Assembly (NCBI GenBank): GCA_964436045.1
Contig: CAYTBN010000027.1
Span: 1,409-65,408, forward strand
Direction of reading: 5' to 3'
Length of the DNA: 64,000 nt
Source: an uncultured Rickettsiales bacterium
GTDB lineage: Bacteria > Myxococcota_A > UBA796 > UBA9615 > CAYRNR01
Shown: positions 19,676 through 28,690 of the stretch, one piece after another
How the letters are laid out: each line of letters opens with the position of its first letter
How positions within the stretch are numbered: the stretch's first letter is position 1
Program-made: the position numbers and the translations under genes
Notes under the pieces: generated by a model
The model's database searches: none
Seen by the model: only the letters and a program-made list of their open reading frames with translations
What the model was told of the DNA's origin: nothing

Positions 19676-20143
19676 ATGCGAGTGCAGATCCTCACCGTCG
19701 GCCGGCCCCGCGACCGTGGGCTGAGCGGCCTGTGCGAGACATACCTGCGCCGCTGCGCGCCACTGCTCCGCACCGACTGGTCCGTTGTCAGCGCTGGCGA
19801 TCCCCGGGGGAGCAACCGACCCGAGCGCGCGATCGCGGCCGAGGAGCAACGGTTGCTCAAACGATTGGACTCCGACGCGGTGATCGTGGCGCTGGACGAG
19901 GGGGGCAAACGACGTGACTCCCGGGAGCTGGCGCGCTGGCTCGGGCGACTTCGGGACGACGGCCGCCGGATCCAGCTCGTGGTCGGGGGAGCGTTCGGCC
20001 TGGGGCCCGAGCTCCGCCGCCGCTGCCACCAGCAAATCTCCCTCTCGCCCCTCACCCTGCCCCACGAACTGGCCCTGCTGATCCTCACCGAGCAGCTCTA
20101 CCGGGCCAAGACCATCCTCGCCGGTGAGCCGTATCACCATTGA
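19676..20143 (+). CDS. rlmH: 23S rRNA (pseudouridine1915-N3)-methyltransferase RlmH
   Basis: 155 aa with SPOUT-fold motifs (ALDEGGK...LVVGGAFGL...ISLSPLTLPHELA). Confidence 0.9.
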   Translation: MRVQILTVGRPRDRGLSGLCETYLRRCAPLLRTDWSVVSAGDPRGSNRPERAIAAEEQRLLKRLDSDAVIVALDEGGKRRDSRELARWLGRLRDDGRRIQLVVGGAFGLGPELRRRCHQQISLSPLTLPHELALLILTEQLYRAKTILAGEPYHH

Positions 20144-20148
20144 GGATA

Positions 20149-20169
20149 GGCGTCAGGCGTCAGGCGTCA
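20149..20169. repeat. (GGCGTCA)3 tandem heptamer element, copy B
   Basis: It begins 6 nt after the rlmH stop and is followed by GGTAGGAAAGAGG, similar to GGAAGAGGGGAAG after copy A. Confidence 0.8.
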
Positions 20170-20218
20170 GGTAGGAAAGAGGCATGGGAATTGCTGCGCC
20201 TCCGGGAGGAGGTGGGCG

Positions 20219-20932
20219 ATGGGCTGGCGGGCGACTTGGATCGACGCGGGTCTGGGGTGTCTCGCACCGGATCCCTGCTGTGCGTGTGACAGGACGGCCG
20301 GGACGGCGGCGGGGTGGTGTGACGACTGCTTCGCGTCCCTCCCCTGGCAGGGCTCGGATCGCTGCGGCTTCTGTCTGCTGCCGCTGGCGGGGGGCGTGTG
20401 CGCCAGCTGCCGTCGAGAGCCGTGGGACACGGCCCGGGTGGCAGTCGAATACGGCACCCCGGTCCCGGCGATGGTGGGCCGCTGGAAGTTCCGCCCCGAC
20501 GCGGTCCTCTCCCGCTCGCTGGCCGCGGTGGTCGAGGAGGGGATCGCCCGTGACCCCGCACTCGGCCGGATCGACCTGGTGACCTGCGTCCCCCAACCCG
20601 CGGCGGCCTGGGGTCGGCGCGGGTTCTCACCGGCCCTCGATCTCGCCCGGGTGGTGGCACGGGCTACCCGCGCCCCCCTGGGCCATCCGTTGCGCCGGAC
20701 CCGCAGAGCGCCGCCCCAGGTGGGATTGACCGCCCGGGAGCGGGACCGTAATGTACGGCGCTTGTTCCGTGTACCTCCCTGGCGAAGGCACGCCATCGGC
20801 GGCCGGAGCGTGGTGCTGGTGGATGACGTTCTGACCACTGGCTCGACGGTCCGCGCCTGCGCCAGGGCCTTGCGGGCCGCGGGCGCTGCGCGGGTCGATC
20901 TGGTCGCCCTGGCCCGCGCCCATCACGCGTGA
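20219..20932 (+). CDS. ComF-family protein (zinc-finger plus phosphoribosyltransferase domain)
   Basis: N-terminal Cys-rich zinc finger (CCAC...CDDC...CGFC...CASC). C-terminal PRTase motif is VVLVDDVLTTGST. Confidence 0.75.
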   Translation: MGWRATWIDAGLGCLAPDPCCACDRTAGTAAGWCDDCFASLPWQGSDRCGFCLLPLAGGVCASCRREPWDTARVAVEYGTPVPAMVGRWKFRPDAVLSRSLAAVVEEGIARDPALGRIDLVTCVPQPAAAWGRRGFSPALDLARVVARATRAPLGHPLRRTRRAPPQVGLTARERDRNVRRLFRVPPWRRHAIGGRSVVLVDDVLTTGSTVRACARALRAAGAARVDLVALARAHHA

Positions 20933-20933
20933 G

Positions 20934-22214
20934 GTGTCCTTGTACGACGTACTTCGAGAGCGGCTCCCGGGGGGGCTGTCGGTCCTGGTCCTGAGCCGGG
21001 AGGGTCTCAACTCTCTGGACGTATGCCTCACCTTGTCAGCCGGACCGCGCTTCGAGACTGCCGAGACCAGCGGACTCAGCCACCTGGTCGAGCACATGGT
21101 GTTCAGGGGCACGGAGCAGTACCCCGATTCCCACGCGTTCCACTGGGCGCTGGAGAGCCTGGGCGGCACCTTGCAGGGCAGCACGGGCCGCGACCTGTCC
21201 CTGTTTGGCCTCACCGTCAGCCCCCGGGACCTGGACGAGTCCATCGAGCTGCTGGCCGAGGCGACCCTCCGGCCGACCTTCGCCGATCTGGATGTTGAGC
21301 GGAGCCTGGTGCTCGAGGAGTTGCTCCAGGACCGGGACGAGGACGACCGGGAGCTGAACCTCGAGAACCTCAGCCGCAAGCTGCTGTGGCCCAACGATCC
21401 CCTCGGACTGCCGATCGTGGGTAGCCGGAGCAACGTCGAGGGATTCGACGTGGAGGATATCCGCCGCTGGCACCAGCACCTGATGTGCCAGGGCAACGGT
21501 CTGCTGACGGTGGCGGGGCCGGTGGATCCAGGTGACGCCCTCGATCGGGTCCGGCGGACGTTCTCGTCGATGACCGCAGGGGATGCGCTGCCCCGACGGC
21601 GCCTGCGAAATCGCCGACCGGGACCGCACGTCGACCACGTCGACCACGACGCCAGCCAGGTCGAGGTGATGCTCAGTTTCCCGGCACCGGGCCTGCTGGA
21701 TCCGGATCCCCAGGGCGTCGCCCTGCTGCAGATCATCCTCGCAGACGGCGTGACCTCCCGGCTCCAATGGCGGGTCTGCGAACAGAAGGGGCTGGCCTAC
21801 ACCATCGAGGCTCACTACGACGCGCTCGGGGACGCAGGCGCGCTGGACATCGAGGCCGCTGTGGCGCCCGCCAGAGTGGTCCCGCTGATGCGAGAGGTGA
21901 TCCACACCCTCCTCGAGCTGAAGGAGATGGGGCCGAGCGCCGACGAACTCGAGCGAGCGCGACGGCGTTATCGCCTGGCCCTGGAGTTTGCCCTCGACAG
22001 CCCGACCGCGCTGGCCTCCTACCACATCCCGGCGCTGTACGGTGTCGACCGCACCATCGAGGAGCGGCTGCGGGAACTCGAGGCGTGGACGCCCGCCCGG
22101 CTCCGGGTGCTGATCCGCCGGCTGATCACCCGCGCGGGCGCCACGCTGGTCTCCGTCGGACCCGCGGAGACACTCGACCTGCGCAAGATCCGACGCCTGC
22201 TTCGCCAGATCTGA
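20934..22214 (+). CDS. M16-family (pitrilysin/insulinase-like) zinc peptidase
   Basis: Inverted zincin motif HLVEH is followed by a downstream Glu. The two-domain M16 architecture is present. Confidence 0.8.
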   Translation: MSLYDVLRERLPGGLSVLVLSREGLNSLDVCLTLSAGPRFETAETSGLSHLVEHMVFRGTEQYPDSHAFHWALESLGGTLQGSTGRDLSLFGLTVSPRDLDESIELLAEATLRPTFADLDVERSLVLEELLQDRDEDDRELNLENLSRKLLWPNDPLGLPIVGSRSNVEGFDVEDIRRWHQHLMCQGNGLLTVAGPVDPGDALDRVRRTFSSMTAGDALPRRRLRNRRPGPHVDHVDHDASQVEVMLSFPAPGLLDPDPQGVALLQIILADGVTSRLQWRVCEQKGLAYTIEAHYDALGDAGALDIEAAVAPARVVPLMREVIHTLLELKEMGPSADELERARRRYRLALEFALDSPTALASYHIPALYGVDRTIEERLRELEAWTPARLRVLIRRLITRAGATLVSVGPAETLDLRKIRRLLRQI

Positions 22215-22302
22215 GGTCAGCGGGCGGCCACCGTCCGGAAATCGGTCCCGCAGTCCGGATTCCGGACCCCTGGAATCGAACGCGCGCGCGTGCTCGGACC
22301 GT

Positions 22303-22331
22303 TTGACGGGTGCGCGGGCGGACCGTACGAT
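22303..22331 (+). promoter_or_regulatory. Candidate sigma70 promoter (TTGACG-17 nt-TACGAT) upstream of the Hsp70 gene
   Basis: Hexamers 22303-22308 and 22326-22331 have the correct spacing, about 80 nt upstream of ATG 22409. A perfect palindrome GTCCGGATTCCGGAC (22253-22267) lies just upstream. Confidence 0.35.
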
Positions 22332-22408
22332 GATGGACCGCGATTGGCGTCGAAGATCGACCAGCGCCGGTCGCGGACGCGTCGACACGTCGCTGTAAGG
22401 GGGCCTAC

Positions 22409-24007
22409 ATGGCCAGTGCAATCGGAATCGATCTGGGCACCTCCAACTCGGTTGTCTCCGTGGTCCGAGAGGGCGTCCCCGTGGTGATCCCGGACGCCGA
22501 CGGGAACAAGATCCACCCGTCGATCGTGACCTTCGGCTACGGAGAGTCCGTTCTGGTCGGCTCCTCGGCCAAGGCCCAGCTGGTCTACAACCCCACGGAC
22601 ACCGTGTATTCGGCCAAGCGCTTGCTGGGGCGCACGATCTTCTCGGACGAGGTCTCAAAGGCCCAGGACTTCCTGCCGTTCGAGCTGGTGTCCGGCCCCC
22701 ACAACGACGTGCGCGTCCGGGTCCAGGGCAAGACGTACAGCTTGCAGGAGATCTCGGCCTACATCCTGGCCCACCTCAAGAAGGTGGCCGAGGGCTACCT
22801 CGGCGAGAACGTCACCCAGGCGGTGGTCACGGTGCCGGCCTACTTCAACGACCAGCAGCGCCAGGCAACCAAGGACGCGGGCGCCATCGCGGGTCTGGAG
22901 GTGCTGCGCATCATCAACGAGCCGACGGCGGCGGCGCTGGCCTACGGCTTCGGGGCCGGCATCAACCGGACCATCGGCGTCTACGACCTCGGCGGTGGGA
23001 CCTTCGACATCTCCCTGCTGCGCATCATGGGCGACGTGTTCGAAGTGGTCTCCACGGCCGGCGACACGTACCTGGGCGGCGACGACTTCGACCTGAACGT
23101 GATCGAGCACCTTCTGTCGATGTTCAACGAGGACGAGCGCCGGGCGATCGTCACCAACCTGCCGGTGATGCAGCGGCTCAAGAAGGCCGCCGAGGACGCC
23201 AAGATCGCGCTCAGCGGCACCCAAGAGACCGAGATCCATGTCCAGGGCATCCTCAAGGACAACCGGGGCTTCGATCGTGATCTGACCGCTCCCCTCGGTC
23301 GCAACCAGTTCAACGAGCTGGTCTTCCCGCTGGTGAGCCGCACCTTCGGTGTCTGCGACGACGCGCTGCGCGAGGCCAAGCTGAACCCCCACGAGCTCGA
23401 GGCCGTGATCATGGTGGGCGGCATGACGCGCTGCCCGCTGATCATCGAGGCAGTTGCCACCTACTTCGGCCGCACGCCCGAGGCCGGCGTCAACCCGGAT
23501 GAGGTGGTGGCCGTCGGCGCGGCGATCCAGGCCCACAACCTGACCCACTCCGCGGCCGTACGCTCGGGCAGCGGGCGCTCCGGCAGCGCCCCCGAGTCCA
23601 GCGCGCTGCTGATCGATGTCACGCCCCAATCCCTGGGCGTCGGCACGGTCGGCGGCTACGTGGAGCGCCTCATCGAGCGCAACACCCCGATCCCGACGGG
23701 AATCTCCAAGCTGTTCACGACCAGCGTGGACGACCAGATGGAGGTGCGCATCTCGGTGTACCAGGGGGAGAGCCGCATGTCGGACGACAACGAACTCCTG
23801 GGCGAGTTCGTGCTCGGCGGGATCAACCCGGCGCCCCGTGGCGAGGCGCGCATCGACGTGAATTTCGACATCGACGCCAACGGCATCGTGCACGTGACCG
23901 CCGAGGACGTCGAGAGCCGCAAGTCCCGCACCATCGATCTCCAGGCCTCCACCAGCCTGAGCAATGACGAGATCGAGGGCATGAAGTTTGATAACTTGGA
24001 GTTCTAG
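22409..24007 (+). CDS. Short Hsp70-family chaperone (HscC-like, lacks C-terminal lid extension)
   Basis: IGIDLGTSNS, DLGGGTFD and NEPTAAALAYG Hsp70 signatures. Only 532 aa, similar in size to E. coli HscC. Confidence 0.85.
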   Translation: MASAIGIDLGTSNSVVSVVREGVPVVIPDADGNKIHPSIVTFGYGESVLVGSSAKAQLVYNPTDTVYSAKRLLGRTIFSDEVSKAQDFLPFELVSGPHNDVRVRVQGKTYSLQEISAYILAHLKKVAEGYLGENVTQAVVTVPAYFNDQQRQATKDAGAIAGLEVLRIINEPTAAALAYGFGAGINRTIGVYDLGGGTFDISLLRIMGDVFEVVSTAGDTYLGGDDFDLNVIEHLLSMFNEDERRAIVTNLPVMQRLKKAAEDAKIALSGTQETEIHVQGILKDNRGFDRDLTAPLGRNQFNELVFPLVSRTFGVCDDALREAKLNPHELEAVIMVGGMTRCPLIIEAVATYFGRTPEAGVNPDEVVAVGAAIQAHNLTHSAAVRSGSGRSGSAPESSALLIDVTPQSLGVGTVGGYVERLIERNTPIPTGISKLFTTSVDDQMEVRISVYQGESRMSDDNELLGEFVLGGINPAPRGEARIDVNFDIDANGIVHVTAEDVESRKSRTIDLQASTSLSNDEIEGMKFDNLEF

Positions 24008-24018
24008 GAGCCCCACCG

Positions 24019-24585
24019 ATGGCACAGGATCTGGACCTTCGCACCCGGTTCGAGATCGAGACACTGCACGAGGTTCTCGACGAGGTGGACTTCTACGCCC
24101 TGCTCCAGGTGCCGAAGACCGCGGGCCGTCCCGAGATCGAACAGGCCTTCGCCAAGGAGAGCCGGCGCTTCCACCCTGACGCCTACTTCGGCGTTCGCGA
24201 TCCCCACTTCCTGCGCAAGATCACCGCGATCTACCGCAAGTCCAGCGAAGCCTACTCGGTGCTCAAGGACCCGGAGCTCAAGGCCCGCTACGACTCCCAG
24301 ATGGGCATCGCCGGTCCGGACGCCAACAAGAAGGAGCTGGAGGAAGAACTCGAGGAAGCCAAGGCGGCCGAGGAGGAGGTCTGCAAGACCCGGCAGGGCC
24401 GGCGGTACTACGACCTGGCGATGACCTCCAAGCGCAACAACGACTTCAACAGCATGGCGATGAACCTGCACTTCGCCCTCAGCTTCGAGCGGGGCAACGC
24501 GATCATCGAGGAGCAGCTGGCGGAGGCCAAGGCCGTCCTCGAGGAGAAGAAGGCCAAGCAGGCATTCAAGGTGCGCCTGCGTTAG
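24019..24585 (+). CDS. J-domain protein (dedicated co-chaperone of the adjacent Hsp70; DjlC-like arrangement)
   Basis: J-domain core DFYALLQVPKTAGRPEIEQAFAKESRRFHPDAY contains the HPD tripeptide. It lies 11 nt downstream of the hsp70 stop. Confidence 0.75.
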   Translation: MAQDLDLRTRFEIETLHEVLDEVDFYALLQVPKTAGRPEIEQAFAKESRRFHPDAYFGVRDPHFLRKITAIYRKSSEAYSVLKDPELKARYDSQMGIAGPDANKKELEEELEEAKAAEEEVCKTRQGRRYYDLAMTSKRNNDFNSMAMNLHFALSFERGNAIIEEQLAEAKAVLEEKKAKQAFKVRLR

Positions 24586-24587
24586 TC

Positions 24588-25130
24588 TTGCCCCTCCCCG
24601 CCCCCATCCGCCTCCCACTGGCAGCCCTGGCGACCGGCTGCTGTGTGCTGATCGGCGCTTGCCGGCCGGCTCCCGTCGCCGTGGACACCGAGACGGCAAG
24701 CGACGGTGAGGTTCAAGCGATCATCGAGCTGGGGGACGGCGGGGGGATGCCCTTCCTGGCCGAGCGAGAGGTGATCGCCGCCCTCTACCCGACCGCGAGC
24801 GGGGGCGAGCTGGTGGTCCACGCAGGCAGCGACCTGGACCGGATGGCGCTGTCGCTGGTGCTCGATCTGGGCGATCCCGACCTGCCCGGCGCGATCGACC
24901 TCTCACATCACGCCGTGGTGCTGATCCAGCTGGACCGGGCCGGCGAGCCGGGGTTGCTGCTGGACGGCATACCCCAGGGTACGGCCGAGATCCACGGCCG
25001 GGTGGAACCGGGGCAGGAGATCGCCGGCTCCTTCAACCTGCTGCTCCCGGGTACCGACGAGGTGGGCGCCCCGGTCGTGGCCCGCATCGACGGTACCCTC
25101 GCCGCCGTCATCTCCAGCCCCTCTTTCTGA
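24588..25130 (+). CDS. Hypothetical lipoprotein
   Basis: Signal peptide with LIGAC lipobox. 180 aa, no known motif. Confidence 0.5.
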   Translation: MPLPAPIRLPLAALATGCCVLIGACRPAPVAVDTETASDGEVQAIIELGDGGGMPFLAEREVIAALYPTASGGELVVHAGSDLDRMALSLVLDLGDPDLPGAIDLSHHAVVLIQLDRAGEPGLLLDGIPQGTAEIHGRVEPGQEIAGSFNLLLPGTDEVGAPVVARIDGTLAAVISSPSF

Positions 25131-25131
25131 C

Positions 25132-25572
25132 TCAGGGCGAGTCGATCACCAGGGTGACGGGGCCATCGTTGGTCAGCTGGACGGTCATGTGGGCGCCGAA
25201 CTCGCCCCGGGAGACCGGGACACCCCGGGATTCGAGATCATCGGCGACCAGCGTCACCAGCGGGCTCGCGTGTGCCGGTGGCGCGGCCGCGACGAAGGAC
25301 GGTCGGCGCCCCTTGCGGCAGTCCCCCAGCAAGGTGAACTGGCTGACGACCAGGACCGCACCGCCCACGTCGAGGACCGAGCGATTCATCTTGCCGGAGG
25401 CGTCCTCGAACACCCGCAATCCCGCGAGCTTGCCCGCGATCCACCGCGCATCGGACTCGCGGTCGTCGTGGCCGACGCCGATCAACGCCAGCAGGCCGGG
25501 GCCGATCGCCCCCACCTCCCTTCCCTCCACGGTCACCCGCGCCCCGGATACTCGCTGCACGACGGCTCGCAT
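25132..25572 (-). CDS. dtd: D-aminoacyl-tRNA deacylase
   Basis: MRAVVQRV...SQFTL...G motifs (Gly-cisPro region). Size about 146 aa from the internal start. Confidence 0.85.
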   Translation of the reverse strand: MRAVVQRVSGARVTVEGREVGAIGPGLLALIGVGHDDRESDARWIAGKLAGLRVFEDASGKMNRSVLDVGGAVLVVSQFTLLGDCRKGRRPSFVAAAPPAHASPLVTLVADDLESRGVPVSRGEFGAHMTVQLTNDGPVTLVIDSP

Positions 25573-25724
25573 CGTCACCTCCCGGATCGACCCACGATCG
25601 AGGGCCCATGCCACGCTGTCAACCGATTCCGGCGGAGCCAGCGGCCGTGTCGCGTGTTAGAATGGCGGGGCTTCGCACTGGGGACACGGATCTTCGGCGC
25701 CGCGCGCCGGGAGCCTCGACACGA

Positions 25725-26888
25725 ATGACCGACGTCAAGCCACTCGACGATCTGCTGCAGGAGCTCGACAACCTGCCGGACGTGGACGAACAGGATGCGC
25801 CCCGGCCGTCACCCCTGACGGCCGCCAAGATCGACTACCGCGACTACCCCGTCCTCGTCGTGGACGACGAGGAGGAGAACATCCTCGCGTTCCAGCTCAA
25901 CTTCCGCCACGACTTCACCGTCGACGCCGCGACCAGCGGCGCCGAGGCCCTCGAGCGCCTCGAACAACGAACCTACGCGGTGGTGGTCACCGACCAGCGG
26001 ATGCCGGGCATGAGCGGGGTCGATCTGCTCGAGCGGACCGTCGACATCTACCCCCACCTGATCCGGATCATCGTGACCGGGTACACGGACAACCAGAGTT
26101 TGATCGACGCGATCAACATGGGGCGTATCTACAAGTACGTCACCAAACCCTGGAGCCGTGACGAGATGGCGATGACGATCAAGCGCGCCATCGAGGCCTA
26201 CTCGCTGGCCCTGGAGAACGATCGCCTGCTCCTGGAGCTACAGAGCAAGAACGAGGAGCTCGAGCAGACCGTCGCCGAACGCACTCGCAAGCTGCGTGAG
26301 GCCAACGCGCGGCTCCACCAGCTGGCCATCACCGACGGTCTGACCGGGCTGTTCAACCACCGCTACTTCCACGAGAAATGGCGCGAGGAGATCAAGCGCA
26401 GCGAACGCTACGGCGAACCCGTGTCCCTGCTGATCGCGGACGTGGACTTCTTCAAGAACTACAACGACCGACGGGGTCATCCCCGGGGCGACGTGCTGCT
26501 GCGCGACCTGTCGATGCTGCTCGAGCAGAACTTCCGCGAGGTGGACGTGGTCGCCCGCTACGGCGGCGAGGAGTTCGCGATCATCCTGCCGCGCACCGCC
26601 AAGGCCGATGCCGCCCAGCTGGCCGATCGGATCCGCGAGCAGATCGCCGACTCGAAGTTCCCCGACCGCGAGGTCCAGCCTGGAGGCCGGGTGACCACCT
26701 CGTTCGGCCTGGCGGCCTTCCCGGAGGACGGCGCCACCGCCTCGACCGTGCTCGAGCGGGCCGACCAGGCGCTGTACGCGGCCAAGCAGCAGGGTCGCAA
26801 CCGGGTGGTGATCTTCCAGCCGGGCCTCCCCATGCCCCACCCGGACGCCCCGATCTTCTCCAGCGGCGAGTTCAGCAGCGAAGAGTAG
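25725..26888 (+). CDS. Response regulator receiver fused to GGDEF diguanylate cyclase
   Basis: REC domain (VLVVDDEEEN...D...). The GGDEF domain has an RYGGEEF active-site motif and an RxxD-like I-site region. Confidence 0.85.
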   Translation: MTDVKPLDDLLQELDNLPDVDEQDAPRPSPLTAAKIDYRDYPVLVVDDEEENILAFQLNFRHDFTVDAATSGAEALERLEQRTYAVVVTDQRMPGMSGVDLLERTVDIYPHLIRIIVTGYTDNQSLIDAINMGRIYKYVTKPWSRDEMAMTIKRAIEAYSLALENDRLLLELQSKNEELEQTVAERTRKLREANARLHQLAITDGLTGLFNHRYFHEKWREEIKRSERYGEPVSLLIADVDFFKNYNDRRGHPRGDVLLRDLSMLLEQNFREVDVVARYGGEEFAIILPRTAKADAAQLADRIREQIADSKFPDREVQPGGRVTTSFGLAAFPEDGATASTVLERADQALYAAKQQGRNRVVIFQPGLPMPHPDAPIFSSGEFSSEE

Positions 26889-26939
26889 CCACCTGCTGCG
26901 GTCTGGTGCCCGATTGGGTATGCTGCCGCGCGGGAGGCT

Positions 26940-28334
26940 GTGGTGCCCAGAAGAACGCTGACCTTCGTTGCTATCGCCCTTCTCCTGTCCGCGACGTCGG
27001 CCTGCCAGGAGTACGAGCTGTCGCCCCTGCCCGGGAACTACGTGGGCAAGGTGTTCTACTCGGTGGACCTGAACAACTACGACGGGGATGCCACGAACTC
27101 CTCGGCGGACGCCGCGCCCTACACGCTGACCATCAGCAACCCGGCCAACAATCAGGAGCGCGCCACCGTCGAGGTACAGCAGCTGGGGGGCGAGGAGCTG
27201 TACATCAAGGAGACCATCGAACCCGGTACCCTCGAGACCTTCGACATGCCCCGCTGGGACGCGGAGGACAGCTTCCTGGGCAACCGGTCGGTGAACGTGA
27301 CCAGCAGCGTCGCAGTGGCGATCCACCAGTTCAACCCTGCCAACAACGTGGGGGTCTACTCCAACGACGCCTCGCTGTTGTTGCCGAGGGTGGCCCTGGG
27401 TACGCGCTACCGGGCCGCCTGCTGGCCCCAGGGCACGTATCCCGAGCTGCTCGGTGCGGCCGACTACGTGACCGTGGTCGCGACCGCCGCCGACACCACC
27501 GTGACCGTGACTCCGACCGCCGACATCCGCGCCGGTCTGTCCGTACCCGCGACCACGGCTGGCACGCCGCTGTTGGTGACCCTCGACGCGGGCGAGGTGC
27601 TGCAGATCGAGGGCGACAACGCGGCCAGTGGGGTGAGCGACCTGACCGGCTCGCTGATCGAGGCCAGCGCGGCAGTGGTGGTGTTCTCGGGCAACGAGTG
27701 CGCCGAGATCCCGGCGGATTTCGACGCCTGCGACCACATCGAGGAGCAGCTTCTGCCGGTACAGGCCTGGGGAACTCGCTACGTGGCGGTCAAGTTCGCC
27801 GCCCGCGGAAGCGAGACCGATGTGTACCGGGTGATCGCCGACACCGCCGGCACCACCGTCGAGACCGACCCCCCGCTGGACGGAATCCCCGCGACGCTGG
27901 ATGCCGGTCAGTTTCTGGAGTTCGACACCGACCAGGACTTCGTGCTCACGGCGAGCGCTCCGGTGGCGATGGTGCAGTACATGACCGGCTCCACCTGGGG
28001 CGAGGCGGACGTGGGCGACCCGGCGATGGTCGTGTTGGTGCCGCAGGAGCAGTATCTGACGGAGTACATGTTCCTCACCCCGTCAGGCTACCAGGCGGAT
28101 TACGCCAACATCGTGGCGCGAGCGGGCACCGAGGTCAGCATCGACGAGCAGCAGGTCGCGGACTCACTGTGGACGGATCTCTCGGCGGAGGACTTCATGC
28201 TGGCGCGGGTCCGCCTGGAGCCCGGGATTCACCACCTCACCGCCGATCGGGAGGTCGGGCTGGTGGCATACGGGTATGACCAGGAGGTCAGCTACGCCTA
28301 TCCCGGTGGCGCCAACCTGGGCGGTACGGACTAG
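26940..28334 (+). CDS. Large secreted lipoprotein, hypothetical
   Basis: Lipobox LLSATSAC. 464 aa, Thr/Val-rich beta-like repeats. Its stop overlaps the stop of the convergent gene. Confidence 0.55.
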   Translation: MVPRRTLTFVAIALLLSATSACQEYELSPLPGNYVGKVFYSVDLNNYDGDATNSSADAAPYTLTISNPANNQERATVEVQQLGGEELYIKETIEPGTLETFDMPRWDAEDSFLGNRSVNVTSSVAVAIHQFNPANNVGVYSNDASLLLPRVALGTRYRAACWPQGTYPELLGAADYVTVVATAADTTVTVTPTADIRAGLSVPATTAGTPLLVTLDAGEVLQIEGDNAASGVSDLTGSLIEASAAVVVFSGNECAEIPADFDACDHIEEQLLPVQAWGTRYVAVKFAARGSETDVYRVIADTAGTTVETDPPLDGIPATLDAGQFLEFDTDQDFVLTASAPVAMVQYMTGSTWGEADVGDPAMVVLVPQEQYLTEYMFLTPSGYQADYANIVARAGTEVSIDEQQVADSLWTDLSAEDFMLARVRLEPGIHHLTADREVGLVAYGYDQEVSYAYPGGANLGGTD

Positions 28335-28651
28335 CGCCCCCACAGGCCTGCGAGATCGGAGAAGATCCCGCCGCGGTCCTTGCCTGCCAGCGTCTCGAGC
28401 TCGCCCTTGTCGAGGTAGACCCCCCCGCAGCCGGGACAGCGCTCGATCTCCACGCCGCGGAAGGCCACGGTCTCCATCGTGACACCGCACTTGCAGCAGC
28501 ACATCCAGTGCGCCTCGCGCAGCCGCTCGGCCGCGGCTCGTTTCTCCGCGTCTTTTTTCTTTGCCGCGGCCTTGTAGAGCTTCTCCTGCTCGACCCGCTG
28601 GAAGTAGTCCTGCTCGTCCGTGCCTGGCTTGCGCTTTGAACCGTCCATCAT
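28331..28651 (-). CDS. Zinc-ribbon domain protein (zf-TFIIB-like)
   Basis: A Lys-rich N-terminus is followed by CCKCG...CPGCGGVYLDKGELE, a four-Cys zinc ribbon. Confidence 0.6.
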   Translation of the reverse strand: MMDGSKRKPGTDEQDYFQRVEQEKLYKAAAKKKDAEKRAAAERLREAHWMCCCKCGVTMETVAFRGVEIERCPGCGGVYLDKGELETLAGKDRGGIFSDLAGLWGR

Positions 28652-28690
28652 GTCGTTCGTCCCGTGGCCGGGGCCCTTACAGGCCTCCGA

